Source: the human T2T-CHM13v2.0 reference genome, Homo sapiens
NCBI RefSeq assembly: GCF_009914755.1
Contig: NC_060942.1
DNA length: 64,000 nt
Direction: 5' to 3' (one strand)
A program made the position numbers and the translations under genes. Every line of letters starts with the position of its first letter. Position 1 is the stretch's first letter. Below are positions 41,822 through 56,046 of the stretch, one piece after another. Below the pieces are notes generated by a model. It had not been told where the DNA came from. It did no database searches and worked only from the letters and a program-made list of their open reading frames with translations.

Positions 41822-41888
41822 ATGATTGAAGATAGTGGGAAAAGAGGAAATACCATGGCAGAAAGAAGACAGCTGTTTGCAGAGATGA
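41822..41888 (+). CDS. DTNA: Alpha-dystrobrevin first coding exon (exon 41821-41888, 68 nt; 67 nt coding, ends in phase 1)
   Basis: Acceptor ttttgtctcatag ends at 41820; ATG at 41822; encodes MIEDSGKRGNTMAERRQLFAEM plus one nt; donor A|gtaagt at 41889. Confidence 0.97.
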
Positions 41889-44220
41889 GTAAGTATGGAT
41901 CTTTTAAGGAACACCCTATAGTTTCCATTGAATACTCATGGAAAGGCTAGAAATAACCATTTATCTTTATGATATTTGTACTTTTCCTTAGGATCCTAAG
42001 TTCCTTTCATGAAGTGTACATTTTGGCCTTTTTTACTTCTTACTTGGCAAGAGTTCAGTTAGTCAGTAATTCATCCTAATTTGCTATTAGACTGTCTATT
42101 TTATGTGGAAGAAAATGTTTATAGATTTATATATTTACATTCACACATATATGCACATACACAGACAGTTGATAAACACTATTTAGTGTTGACATTAATA
42201 CAGTCCACTAAACTTTAAAGTCTGTGTTCATCACCCTGAACTGTCACAGCAGCTGGCATATTGTAGGCACTAGATAAAATTTTTGAAATGAATTATTGAC
42301 TTTCTTCCCTGCAAAGTGATATCATATGTTTATGTGGAAAGGAGAAGTTAGGCACAATTACTGGACCAAACTATAAACTTGTCATTCAGACCTCATGTAG
42401 AAGAGGAGAATCTATTCTGCAAACTGGTTTTTTTAAAAATACTAAGGAAAATAAAAGATAAAAGGAGCTTAGAGTTGACCTGCTACACAAGGGAAACCAA
42501 ACTAAGTTACTGACTCCAGTGAAGAATCTATTCAATAAAGGCTATTGGTTTATGTAAGTGCACAGTTGCTGTATAAGTAATTGGTTGGTAGCATCTCCCT
42601 TGTAGACCATTTTTCTTATTCATAAAGAAAAAGAACTTGACATTAGGGAGAAAACCACACATCTCAAGTTGAATATTATAAAGGAAAAAGCATGGTTCTC
42701 TTCATGTCTTTTTATCTCTTCTTCCTGCATACGGAATGAGGATGAGCAAGAGTGAGTGGTAAGCCTTTTTCCCTAAGAAGGCAGTAGACAAAATTAGGTT
42801 TCTACTAAAGATTGGAAGTGACTGGCAAGAATGAGGGTCAGAACAGAAAAAGGAAAGTCCCAGATAATAAGATTCATATTTTCCTTTATCATTCCCCAAT
42901 AATCTGGTGGTACCAAGATAGCATTAGAACTAACAAGGAGGAAAGAAAATTAAAATTGATGTGGGGAATCTCAGTCGTGTTCCTTGCTTTTTCCACTTTT
43001 AGAGATGTGCTTAGAGTGTTTGGGAGAGTTTCAGCCAGGCCTTCCAATTTCCTAGACCCCATGTGTGGTACTGTGTCTTCACCTGGAATTGTGACCTTTG
43101 TGCAGTTACAAATCCAACAGAGCAAGGAGCCTAGTGAGTACTTGTCCATCTAAACAAAATCCAAAGCAGCACAGGTATCCTCCAACAGCACATTCTTATA
43201 TTAAAAAGGCATAAAATTATGTCTTATATTATAAGACATCATGGGACAATGTCTTCTCAGACACAGTAGAAAAAAAATATTTACCATAAAAAGGCAATAA
43301 AATCTGGGGAAAAATATTTGAACTTATCATTATAACACTAAAGACTGTATCAGACAGCACACTGTAAGAACTATAAAAGTATGCTTATTCAATGATTTTG
43401 TAAATCCTTCTTTGAGTTTAAGTATCCCAGTGCTTTCTGAACCTGATATAGTGCCTGGCTCAGACAAATACATATGTTACAAATGTCTATTGGATTAAAA
43501 TTGCCCAACTCAAAGAAAGCTCGATATGATTTTTAGAGACATAGAAATAAGACAACTCTAAGTTTTTCTTCAAGTGACAGAGACTTAGGAAAATTGTGCA
43601 TTCGGTTCCCAAATTATAACTTTGTGTTTTCATAGAAACATCACAGTGATGTCTTGCAGCTTTATTAGTTCTGTGAGTTCTTGTGATTAACGGTCAGAAT
43701 AGATAAACAAGCCAAACAAATATATATCTTTCCTCCCTGGGTGTTCCAACTCAAATGTTGGCAAAAACAGCTAAATACGTCTGACCTTAATAATTCATTA
43801 GTTTGAGCAACATGTTTATATCAGCACTAAGTAGGGCACATCCACAATAAGTAGGATTCGGCTGGATAAAACAATTGGCTGGTTTCAAAGGGAGCAATTG
43901 ATTTTGACAGGTAGACTGTCATACAAAAGAGAAAGGTAATATCACTGCGAATGTGTTAAATGGTTGAAAAATATATGGGTATCCCAGCTGTATCAGCAGC
44001 ACACCAAAGAAAGGAAAGGAAACTCTTATCAGAGAAGACTGACATCAAGATTCAAAAAGTAACTTCTAGGAATCTGTGCTTTCTAGACAGGGAGCAAAAA
44101 AGGACTAGACTTGTAAATCTTCTCATCTAAGTATTATATAGAAATATTTAAAGAAAAAACAACAAAAGAAAGTGCCAATGAGATTCTTTGCTTTAGAAAT
44201 TAGAAATGTGAAAGAAAAGT

Positions 44221-44683
44221 TGTAATGGCCAGAGTTAAACAGGCAGGGAAGACTTTTATCCAAGACTATTGCAACAAGGGAGAAAGACTGAACTCAACTT
44301 CCCTGGAAGAAAAGGCAGGAAGTACTTTAAGCACTGGGGAAAAATACTGGAGGACTTCAGGGAGGAGATTGGTCAATGTGATTAGGCCATCTGTTTGCTA
44401 ATTGTCACATTTAAAAGTTAGGCTTCTACCCTCCTGATAAGACTTGGAGATAGAGGTGATAAGTCCTTCAATTATTATATTTCAAAGGGCTGGCACCCAG
44501 GTTCTTGAGAAAGACATTCCTGGGTTGTAAACTTGGCAAGATATTTACATCTCAAAGGGGCAGAGAAAGAATTTACAATGAAAAGTTTTCTAAAGTAAAT
44601 GCTGTAAGAAAACAGAGGTCAGAAGCCTAGAGCAAGGAAGAAGTCTATCTAAAGTTAGGCAAGTTGAGGAGGTCTAGGTCTTA
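44221..44683 (-). mobile_element. ERV1-class solo LTR (MER67-like)
   Basis: atttacatctcaaaggggcagagaaagaatttacaat...aagttttctaaagtaaatgc matches a recalled MER67-family motif; right boundary approximate. Confidence 0.6.
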
Positions 44684-45515
44684 GAAAAGGTAAAGAACAG
44701 AGAGCAATTGATAAGAAAAATTGATAAGAAAGTTTGGCAAATTCAGGTGATTGCAGCACATATGTGTTAAACATTCACTCTTAGCTCATTACTATAAGCA
44801 GCAGAAGCAGGAAGAAACAGCAAAGAAATGAAATTAAGAGAAGCATAGACTAAAAAACAAACAGAAAAAAATAGCTTTATATAAAAAATTGGGTGACCAC
44901 CTACTTTGATTTAAGAAATTCTGTACAAGTTCTCCCTTAACCAAAAATTCTCTTCACAATAATGCCTTAATTATCAGTTTGCTTAGTACCTTGGATTAAA
45001 GCTGAAAAAAACAAAAAAACAAAAAAACCCTCTAGTTAAATATAAACGTCATCCTCACCTTGGCTTTTTCAGCCATCATATAAGTTTAGCAGCTTAAATA
45101 AGTTTATCAGACTGTCTTTTAACAGAATAAATTGTTTGTTCTTGGAATTAAACTCTCCTTTTCTGTTGTTTTACTCTCAGAGCACATTTACTTAGCCTTA
45201 TATGGTAGTTACTTGTGAACATGTCCACAACACTCACTGCTGTGAACTCCTTTTTAGGGACAGACCTAGGACATGTACCTTCAAATCCATTCCCCTTAGA
45301 TGCTGAATCAAGCCTTGTTTAAAAGCCGATTGGGCACAGGATGGGTAGGTTTTAATGGAAGGGAAGTGATTGGAAAACACACTTTGAGAACATTGAAGGC
45401 TGCCTAACAAGGTAAGGAAGGTCCTGGGGAGAAATGAGAGTGATGCCACTGGCCTGTCAGCAGAGACAGGACTTGAAATCAAAAGGAGGCAAATGAAACT
45501 ACTCAACAAATACCA

Positions 45516-45827
45516 TTTTTGGCTTTTGTTTTTGCTTTTGTTTTGAGACACAGTTTCACTCTGTCGCCCAGGCTGGAGTGCAGTGGCGCGATCTCAGCTC
45601 ACTGCAACCTCCGCCTCCCTGTTCAAGCGATTCTTGTGCCTCAGCCTCCCAAGTAGCTGGGACTACAGGTGCACCACCACACCTGGCTAATTTTTGTATT
45701 TTTAGTAGAGACACCCTGGGTTTCACCATGTCTGGCCAGGCTGGTCTCAAACTTCTGATCTTAAGTGAAACACCCACCTTGGCCTCCCAAAGTGCTGGAA
45801 TTACCACTTGAGCCACTGTGCCCGGCC
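45516..45827 (-). mobile_element. AluSx/Sz-like
   Basis: Antisense Alu dimer ending cccggcc; degenerate (TTTTG)n tail. Confidence 0.92.
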
Positions 45828-46924
45828 TAAGTACTGTTGAATTATTTGAAGGCAGGCCATCCTTGAGAGTGTTGGCTGAAGTCGGCACATGCACGATTGG
45901 AAAGGAACCTAGGGCATGATTTTGAAACGCACACTATGAGTTTAAGAAAACCGATCTCAAAAATTCAGAAAAATGACATGAATGACCCCACCACCGTAGG
46001 TTCATGGATATGGTGACTGTTTTCACTTGCTTCTTCATTTCTCATGCTCCTCAGTCTTTTTAAGATATTAACACCATGGATCGCCACCCCAGAAATTCTC
46101 TCTATGTCATCACCCTAACATAGTCTCCTGCTTTTTCTGTCCCCTCTACTTCTCTTTTTCTGTCTCTTAGTACCCTGTAGACACTGAAGTCAGAGAATTT
46201 AAAGATTTCTTCTTGACCAGTTGTCTCCATATACAATTTGTCTTTCTCTCAAGCCTTTACCTTTATTGCTATAACCCTTGAGTGTTCAGAGTCCCCCAAA
46301 ACAACTCTCATTTCTCATGAGCCAGCTTATCCAAAATAGGCAGCACATAAACTAAACTTCCCTTCCAGCCTTGCCTACTTGTTTTCAAGTGTTCTGCTAA
46401 TGAAGCAGTCTGAGGAGGGCTCATTGTCACTCCACTAATAGTGCCCATCACAAAAATACCTATCATCCCTGCCAAGGCGGCTGCCTTCTAGTGTTCCCAA
46501 AGCCTGCGGTCTTTGAACAACTGCCAAGCAGCTGGGCACAGCTCAGAAGTGGGGAGAGCACTCCTGTTCCCAAGTTTGTGCCTCATTTTGTCACTAGAAA
46601 TATAGAATAGCCCTACTTGTGCACAGAGTCTCCTGTTGGCAATCTTGGCCCAGTCACGCACACTACTACATTTTGTGTGCTTGTTGATAATTTCTGGAAT
46701 ATACTAAAGCTCTAATCCTTATATCCAACTGTCCTGTGGATATCTTACTTGGACATCTTACAAGCAACTCAAACTCTTTAGCCCAAAACTATCTTCACCC
46801 ATCAACAAACCTATTCCTCCCTGTTTGTACCTTACTTAGCTCAATGAGGGATACTCTATTCCACTCAGCTACCTAAGGTAGCAATCATTTTTTACCCCCA
46901 AACTCCTTTATCTTCCTGTCAGTA

Positions 46925-47000
46925 TCTCTCTCTTTCTCTCTCTCAGTATCTCTCTCTCTCCCTCCATCCTTCACACACACACACATACACACACACACAG
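46925..47000. repeat. (CT)n/(CA)n compound microsatellite
   Basis: Read directly; includes a duplicated tcagtatctctctct. Confidence 0.9.
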
Positions 47001-47989
47001 AGCCAATGATAAAGCGTGGCAGAGTTCAGGCAGCAGGTTCATCATAGGCTTCATTTTTATTCTGGAAATATGTATTGAGCAAAACTTTTAAATGAATGAG
47101 ATATTTAAGAATCAAAATGGCTATATATTAATAGAGCTATCAAAAATGGCTATATAATGAGCTATCAAAATATAGAAGGCAAAACATACAAAAATTGTGT
47201 GAAAATGTTCAGAGTGCAAAAGCTAAAACCAAAGTTAGATAAGACTGGTTCGTTGATTTGTTGGTTGATTGGTTGGTTGAATGAACAAATGAATGGGTAG
47301 GGAAAAGGTGGAAGGAAAGAAGGGAGTGAGAGAGGGAGAGAGAGGGAAGTAGGGACAGAGGGAGAAGAGAAGAAAGAGAATCTTTTCAAAAAGGGCTAAA
47401 GAAAGGAAAAACTGCTGTTGATAACAGTGTAAACAATCTGTGTCTTTGCTGTCCTATTTATTACTTCCTTCCAACTATGACATGGGTACAAGAGGCTTGA
47501 GGAGACGGTGCAAGAGCACTAAGTTGCCTTAAATAAATTTGTTTTAGTTTTTTTATTATGAAAAGTTTCAAATATATGTAGAAGTAGAGAAAATAGTATT
47601 TATCTCAACTCTTAATTATGTATGCCATCCCCCACTGTATTAGTATGAAGCAAAACTAATAAATCACTTAGATCAGTTGAATCACCAGATTTAACGAATT
47701 ATATTCCAGTGATATAATTCAGAAAACAACCACTATCCATTATTTTGAAAAATAATGAAGAATACATTGAAAAAAAATGTAACGAGAAAATTCTGTACTT
47801 TTTTATTAAAAAGAAAAAGTATAGATTCTTTGGAGTTTAGGGTATGAACTGGTTATAAGTTTCATAACAAAATGGATGTTTTTTAGATCTTGGCCAAAAT
47901 ATAGTGGTAATTCTAGACATATCAACATACTAAAAGCAAAGATTGCCCTGCTGATTTTATTTCTTTACTCATTTATTTAAATTCCATCT

Positions 47990-50310
47990 TTTTAATAGAT
48001 AAATTAAGTCAGCTAATACGCTTTTTAATAAGACTACCAGACTGCTAGATCAGAAAAATACCATCTGATAAAAATTAACCTTAATTTCAGCAAGATATTG
48101 ACCAAAGCTGTTGGACTGTGCATGTGTTGGGGAATTGTGGACTGGGTCACAATACAGTTAGGTAGATTTATGGGGGATGTCATGACCATGTCTAAAGCCA
48201 CAACTAATGGGTCTATCAACTTGGAGGAAGGCGTCTAGTAGTATCCTGGAAGGCTCTGTTTGTGGACCTGTTCTGGTCCTTGGTTTTAATCAATGACTCG
48301 AATGAAGACACAGAACTAATCCCAAAGTAGGTTTTTGGGTTTATAAACTTTCAAGAAAAGACCACACATGTAAAACTGGGTTAAGTTCATTGTTTGCTGG
48401 GGCAAAGAAAAATACATTTATTTTGACAAGGCAGATAAACAGAGTAAGAGGCTATGTATCATATCTCAGCCCAGCTTCTTCTGGTCCCTTTCTGGATGGA
48501 TCCTGCAGCTAACACATACATTGATTGTGCACGGTTGTGTGCTGCTATATCTGACACACTAAATTGTATTGTTCACCACATCCCTTTTAATATTCAGGGC
48601 TTACATCATCAGCCAGGAAGAATTTATACAGCATTTATAGACCTACAGACCTCTTCCTGATTCTTGAACAAAACACAGGGTCAGTTAAGTCCACACAGTG
48701 ATACGACAGGAGAGAGCAGTCAGTGCACTTCAGGCCCAAAGCAGCATCTCTACATCCCTCTTTACTGCATCCTGGAGAAGTGCACCTTTGCCGTATTTCC
48801 CCCAGGACTTCAATCAGAGGAAAGTGCAGAGGTGCCAGGGTTACTGTGCTCAGAGGGTAAGGTCTTGCAGAAACTGAGAAACTTAACTATGTGCCACATC
48901 ACAAACATTTTTTCATCTGGAGCTTAAATCATTATGCTTGAAGAACTTACACAAATAATCTGTGCCCCTAATGTTTTCTTTTAAGTGATTATTTACAGAT
49001 ATTGAGACTCTCCTGATTGCTGAGCCAAACTTAGCACCAATAAAAGTACATCCTCATCTGGGAGCAAAGGCAGATTTAGCATTCAGGTATTTCTAAAAGT
49101 CTCTCTGTCTCTGGTTATCGGGCATCTTAGAGAGCTCATTCCCCACGAGTCACATTTACAGAGGGCATGAAACTAGGAAAGATTTTTGAAGTTCCAGTGA
49201 CAACTTAAGAATTTTAAAAGATTCAGAAAAGTTCCTAGTATGAGCTAAATTTTAAAAGTAACTAACCAGATAAATATGACGTCCTACCCTTAGCTCCAAA
49301 ATAGGCATTTAAATAGCAAATAGAAAAGATTTGACTTATATAGAAGTGCATATGATTTTTCAAAGCAGTTTTTTAATTAACTTCAAACTTAATAAAAGCT
49401 GGCATAATGAGCCGTCTATTTTTAAAAAAAGATCACATTAGTTAGGAGTCCTTATCAAAGGTAGTAATAATTGCTTTCTGTATATTCTATACAGGTAAAG
49501 CAATAGCTATTTGGATTAATTTTGGACACCTAATTTTAAAGAGATATTAGCCAGTCACAGAACAGGGTGACTAGAATGTTTAAGGGTTTCAAACCATGCT
49601 TGATCATAATGAAAATAATAATAACAACTGCCATGAATTGAAGCCCTACTGGGTACCAGACAGATAAACAGTATACCTGAAATGGCTGTGGAGTTGAACA
49701 TCTTTTACCCTAAAAAAAGTCAAGGAGAAGCTACCTCCCCAGCTAAATTTTAAAGTCCATGATGACAAGGACTGTTGCACATAATTTTCAGATGGTAATG
49801 AGGATGCTAATAATGATAATGTAGCTGCTTTGCAATATTTCAGAAATGAATTCTCAAATGGCAGGGGGAAAGGAGTATGTGACTCCAGGGGAAACTAGAT
49901 CAAATAGGTTGAAGTTACAGGGAGGTAAATCAAAGCTCAAATATAAAAAAGAAATTTCTATCACATATTTTTGTTCAGAAATGGCACATGAAGCCTCTTA
50001 AGGGGCCCATTTACTGTTAAGTGGTCATTATGTTCTCAGTGCAGAAGTCAAGACTTTATATCTGTGTATTACCAGCCAGTAAAGTTGATATTGTTATCTC
50101 GCTTTATCCATGAGGAAATTGAGATGCCAAGGAAAAACTTGGTGAAACTCACACAACTGGGAAGTGACAGAGTTAAATTTTACTTCCTTTAAAGTTCATT
50201 TATTTTCACAAGTAATAATCTTCTCTGTCATTGGAAATAATCCTACGTGGCCATTGGCTAAATGTTCATCTCTTGAGAACATTTCTAAGGGAATTCCTGC
50301 ATTGGGTGAG
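47990..50310 (+). mobile_element. Fragmented L3/CR1 LINE (pieces at about 47990-48310, 49510-49600, 49880-49985, 50220-50310)
   Basis: tcaacttggaggaaggcgtctagtag...ggctctgt...aatcaatgactcgaatgaagacac; ggacacctaattttaaagagatatt; aactagatcaaataggttgaagttacagggagg, in collinear order with the recalled L3 consensus. Confidence 0.65.
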
Positions 50311-51174
50311 GGTAGTTCCCCATCTCTTTGATCCCTCAAGTGCTCAGTGTCACTAAGCCTGTTTGTCAAAGAATAAGCTTTATTAAGAGTGACCGTTTAA
50401 TGATCTGCTTTGTAAAACCACAAAGTAATAGGACTATTGGCAACACTTCAAGTGAATCTGAAGATATCGGTTTGAGTTGAAGAAATGCTAAATCCCCTAG
50501 TGGGGGACACTTGCTAATTCATGCTGAGTTTCACTGGGAAAGCACTTAATTGGCCGTCTAATATCATCGCTTCCAGGATAGTTCATTTACTTTCTATTCT
50601 GTTTTACTCTAAAGGATTCACATAGCACATTTTATTAGTATATGACTGGTAAAGATAAAAGTTCAATACATGCCTTTATATCTGTTATGGACCATAAACA
50701 TGGGCTTAGAAAAAGAAAATATGTAGAAATGGAGAAAAGCAGACATTTATTGATACTCTAATGTGTTCTAGACAAAGTCTAGAGATTAACTCATTCAAAG
50801 GAGGGTGGGAGGAATACTAGGAGCTCAGGTCTTGATGTAACAAGCAGCCCATCTGCAGGGTATTGAGATGAGACTGACCAAGGCTACGAGAGATTCTGTG
50901 GTAGAAAGTAGTGGGCAATGTCGTTAGGCAAGTAAGCTGGAAAGAAACTGCAGACGAGCTTGGATTCTGAGCAGAGCTTTTAGACCTGATGTTCTGGGCA
51001 TCAGGAGCCATGCTGGACTCCTAAGTGGGAGAGTGAAATAAGGAAAGTAGTTTAAGAATATAGGGAATGTGTTCCCTCTAAGTTAGGAAGGAACTGGAAG
51101 CCACAGTAAAAGAAAGGTTGTTTTAGAAAGGCATCTCTTCCTCTGAGATTGACAGGAAGGATCACAAGAAAGTT

Positions 51175-51370
51175 GTTAGTAATAAAAATGAATACTTATG
51201 CAGCATTTACTGTGTGCCAGACGGTGTTTAAGTGCCTTAGGTATATTCACTCATTTATCCTTACAACAGTCCTGTGCAATAAGTACTATTATTATCATCA
51301 TCCCCATCTTCCAAGTGAGAAAACTGAAGCTCTAAAAGCAATTGGCCTAAGGGCACACAGAGAAGATGCT
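51175..51370 (-). mobile_element. MIR
   Basis: catttactgtgtgccagacggtgtttaagtgc...atccttacaacagtcctgtg...atccccatcttccaagtgagaaaactgaagctc. Confidence 0.85.
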
Positions 51371-51790
51371 CAGCAGTCAGTACATGGTCACCTAACAGCC
51401 ACATTCTAATGACCAATAGCAATGCACTTTAAATGCTTATTTGATGATAGTATCTATATCATCTAGCTGTTTCACTGTAGGTCACAGCTTGAGCAGACTG
51501 TTTTCAGAAGTGGTGGACACAACAGGGATGACATTGTGTTTCTTGATCCAAGAATATGGTTTACAACCTAATCTCCAATGTTGATTACATGTGTGTGCTC
51601 TTTTTCCCTAGAACCTGAGGAACTTGTCCTTGAATAGGACAGACCTGTTCAAGTCTTAAAGTTATATTTATATTCTAATAAAAATAAAATTAGGGGTAAG
51701 GATCATATCTACAGTTGTTTTATTTGTAAACATTGTAAATTTCTTTCTGCACACATGGCATACCTTATGTGTCCTTTTTCCCCGCACTAG

Positions 51791-51871
51791 GGGCTCAAGA
51801 TCTGGATCGCATCCGACTCTCCACCTACAGAACAGCATGCAAGCTTAGGTTTGTTCAGAAGAAATGCAATT
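51791..51871 (+). CDS. DTNA: Alpha-dystrobrevin second coding exon (81 nt, phase 1-1)
   Basis: Acceptor cctttttccccgcactag ends at 51790; A|GG GCT CAA GAT CTG GAT CGC... gives [27 protein letters not shown]; donor T|gtaagt at 51872. The phase matches the upstream exon. Absent from the ORF track because it is too short. Confidence 0.97.
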
Positions 51872-52231
51872 GTAAGTATGCCAGTTGTTTGGACTAATTA
51901 CCATCATGAATCCTATAGTTTACATTTGGTACTAAGTTTATTAAACTAGATTCTGTTACAAATATTGCTAATATTGTTATATATGTTTACACAACAATAA
52001 AAGGGGTATTATGATGCACAAATGGTAGAGATGACTCCTAAGTAGTCTTGAAATCTGAAAATGCTTAAATACTAAAGCATATGAACCGTTTAGTTCATAC
52101 TAAAAGGATGAACCTCTGGATACATATACAATATAATTCTGACCTTGGAATGGTTTAAATCTGGATGGATGTTTTTCTTCTTTTCTCTAACCTTGGTATC
52201 ATAAATGCAGTGCCATCAAAATGGTTTCCAA

Positions 52232-52525
52232 CATCATTCTCAGCAAACTATCGCAAGGACAAAAAACCAAACACCACATGTTGTCACTCATAGGTGGGAA
52301 CTGAACAATGAGAACACATGGACACAGGAAGGGGAACATCACACTCCGGGGCCTGTTGTGGTGTGGGGGGAAGGGGGAGGGATAGCATTAGGAGATATAC
52401 CTAATGTAAATGACGAGTTAATGGGTGCAGCACACCAACATGGCACATGTATACATATGTAACAAACCTGCACATTGTGCACATGTACCCTAAAACTTAA
52501 AGTGTAATAATAATAAAATAAAATA
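52232..52525 (+). mobile_element. Short 5'-truncated L1PA4/5 3' end
   Basis: End of ORF2 plus 3'UTR and (AAAAT)n tail; perfect 14-bp TSD aaaatggtttccaa at 52218-52231 and 52526-52539. Confidence 0.95.
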
Positions 52526-53298
52526 AAAATGGTTTCCAAGAACTTTATAAAATATCAAACATTAAATCCCCCTTATATTTGTATTTTCTTTTACAAGCAC
52601 AGGAAAATATTTTAAAGCTTTTGGAAAACATTTAAGTTTTTTTCTGAAAGAACAAAATTAGCTCTTTGTGTCAGAGTTTTAACCACATTTGTTTACATGA
52701 GACAAAAATAAGAAAAGAGACAATACTTAAAGAAACAAAGGAACTTGCTCCAGTTTTTTTTTCAAATTTAAAAGTGTAAGCAATAAGCTAGATCACTAGT
52801 CACAATGAGCAGTCTTATTCTCTGCTGGGTCAACACTTCCATTGTATTACCATATCCATTTTCTCTTGGAAAAAAATATTGATTCATAGTTCATGTGTAA
52901 GAACGTTTTCTTTTCTTTTTAAAAAGTTTACTTATTAAAAAAGTCTCATTTTTTAATTAATATTGGATGAATTTTTAAAAATGAAAACCGTAATGTTCTC
53001 CTGATACATACACATAGTTCTATGATAACTGGCATGGGAATTAGACTCATGGTAAGGGTAGAAACCAGGCATCTCCACATGTCTACCCTCTCAGAGTCTC
53101 TAGAAGATGTTTCCTAGGGCCCTGGGCAGGTCACCTTAGCCCCAGGCTTCTAGGCTTACAGCTAATCATGACTGTGAGGATGCAAAGTACGCATCTATTC
53201 CTCAAGTTTCTCCTCTACATCTTATTCCCCAGCCCCAGTGGATAAAAATGGGGCTGAAGTTTGGGGAAGGAGGGGATGGAAGAAAAATATAAGTAGGT

Positions 53299-53695
53299 TG
53301 TCTTATTTTCATTTTCTGTGGCTTATAACAGAATACTTGAAACTTTGCAACTTATAAAGAAAAGGAATTTATTTCTTACAGTTATGGTGGTTCAGAAGTC
53401 CAAGTCAAGGGGCTGCCTCTGGTGAGAGTCTGCTTACTAGTGGGACTCTCTGCAGAGTCTCAAGATGGTGCAGGGCACACATAGTAAGGAGGCTGAGCAT
53501 GCTAACTCAGGTCTGTCTTCCCCTTCTTATAAGGCCACCAGCCTCACTCCTGTGATTACTCATGGATTAATCCATTCATGAGGGCAGAGCCTGCATGACC
53601 AATCACCTCTTAAAAGCCCCACCTCTCAACACTGCCTCACAGGGGGTTAAGTTTCAACATGAGTTTTAGAAGGGACAAACATTCAAACCATAGCA
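53299..53695 (-). mobile_element. MSTC-like MaLR solo LTR
   Basis: tgtctta...cattcaaaccatagca termini; 5-bp TSD taggt/ttggt. Confidence 0.85.
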
Positions 53696-54248
53696 TTGGT
53701 CACACATCATATATGTGTTTTGACTCCTCACAGGAAGCTAAAGCAATCTAAAATGAGTAGTGAGAAAAGCATTACAGATGTTGAAAGAATTTGTTACTGT
53801 ATTTGTAGTCCTAATGAGTCAATAAAAGCCATTTCCACTGCTTGCGATAGGGGCCAAGGAAAATGTTCCCACAGAAGAAGTTTCCTCTTCCCCTTCAAAC
53901 ACATCACCCAGATTACAAATAAAAGGAAGAATCTCCGTGTTTTCAGCAATTAAAAGGGATATGATTGTCCCACGTTCTTATCATGTGTTACCACTACAAT
54001 GGCCTCAGAATTGGAGGGGAAGGCAGAGGGTAAGTGGTAGACACTCTGTCCTCCTTAGAGCTTTGCCAAGCGGAGCCTTCCTTAGGCTCCTTTCAGGAGA
54101 GCTAGAGATTTCCAATAAAAGACTACAAAATGGTAAGAAGGAACGCCCCCAAAAAAAAAGCAAAAAAAGGAAAACAAAGAAAAGAAAGAAAGGAAAAGGA
54201 AAAGGAAAGGAAGGAAGGGCTCAGGGAATCAGGGACTTGGCAACACTG

Positions 54249-54316
54249 CACTCAACATTAAGGTGGACACACTGTGTTGTCCCCACTCAACATTAAAGTG
54301 GACACACTGTGTTGTC
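54249..54316. repeat. 35-bp tandem duplication
   Basis: CACTCAACATTAA(G/A)GTGGACACACTGTGTTGTC twice, starting at 54249 and 54284. Confidence 0.95.
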
Positions 54317-54544
54317 TGCAGCTGTGGTCCACAGGCCTTATCCCATGCCTCCTGCTCTCTGAGAAAGGCACTTTCTCATTCTTGGGCATTTCCTTTTCCT
54401 CTTTCTGTTCTTTTCTGGTCCACATCCTTATCCTGCATCCAGAATTGTCTTGGAATTTCTTGAAAAACAGTAGAGAAGAAGTGAGGATGCTAATCCATCC
54501 CTGGGTGAAAATAGAAGCTTATACCTGTCCAGTGGCCCTTCAGT

Positions 54545-54830
54545 CTGTCCATTCATTGACCTCTTAATTCAGTTAAGTGTATAATGAGCTCCTGCTATGT
54601 GTTTGACATTGTGCTAGGTACCAAGGATAGTGTGATGATGAATGACATGCAATACCTTCCTTCAAGTTGCTCAAAATCTAACTGAGAATATGGGCTTTTA
54701 AGCAGATTTATAAAACCATGTAGAAAGATAATGATAGAAATATGTACATGGTATGTGAGAGCTTCAGGGAGTCAGTGCCCTGAGTTGTTGGGGGTGAGGG
54801 TCACTGGTAGGACTTTCCTAGAGAAGGAGA
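54545..54830 (-). mobile_element. L2 fragment
   Basis: cattcatt...tgagctcctgctatgtgtttgacattgtgctaggtaccaaggata...ccttcaagttgctcaaaatcta. Confidence 0.7.
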
Positions 54831-55366
54831 TATCAGGAAAGTCTTATTTATTTTATAATGTACCTTATAAAATTCCTGTATTTCAGGATGAGAAAAGATA
54901 TTACATTCTACAAAATTAGACAAAGTTAAGGCCCAAGGAAGAAAAACAAGCATATTTTGAATGCTTTGCTAAATTAAGGTTTTAAAAATTGTTTCTACCT
55001 TCATCAGAGGCATTAAATGCAAGTACTATATGTCTTTGCAAAGTTTTCCTTTCTAACAATAAATGCAACAGTTGTGATATTCAGAGGTATTTGTAAAATG
55101 CTTACATAATTGATCTTGGCTTATCTTAATCAAAGTTGAAACCTTCCTTCTAGAAAGTTAGCCAACCAGAAGCAGCAATGTTTACATGACATAACATTAG
55201 TCAACATTGAATATATTCGCTGATTAGAGGAAAGTAATTTTAGTCTGCAATAAACCTAACCCACAATAAATTATGATACCTTATAATGGAGTTTTTCCCT
55301 ACAGTAAAAGAAATAAGAAACAAAATGTAGGTAGCATATTTGTAAGTGCATTTTTTTATTGGAAAG

Positions 55367-56046
<680 letters not shown>

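Noticed and set aside
41585-41950. 121-aa ORF spanning the DTNA start exon, suggesting an N-terminal extension
   Set aside because: Only residues from 41822-41888 match dystrobrevin; the exon is bounded by canonical AG and GT, and the remainder is chance open intron.
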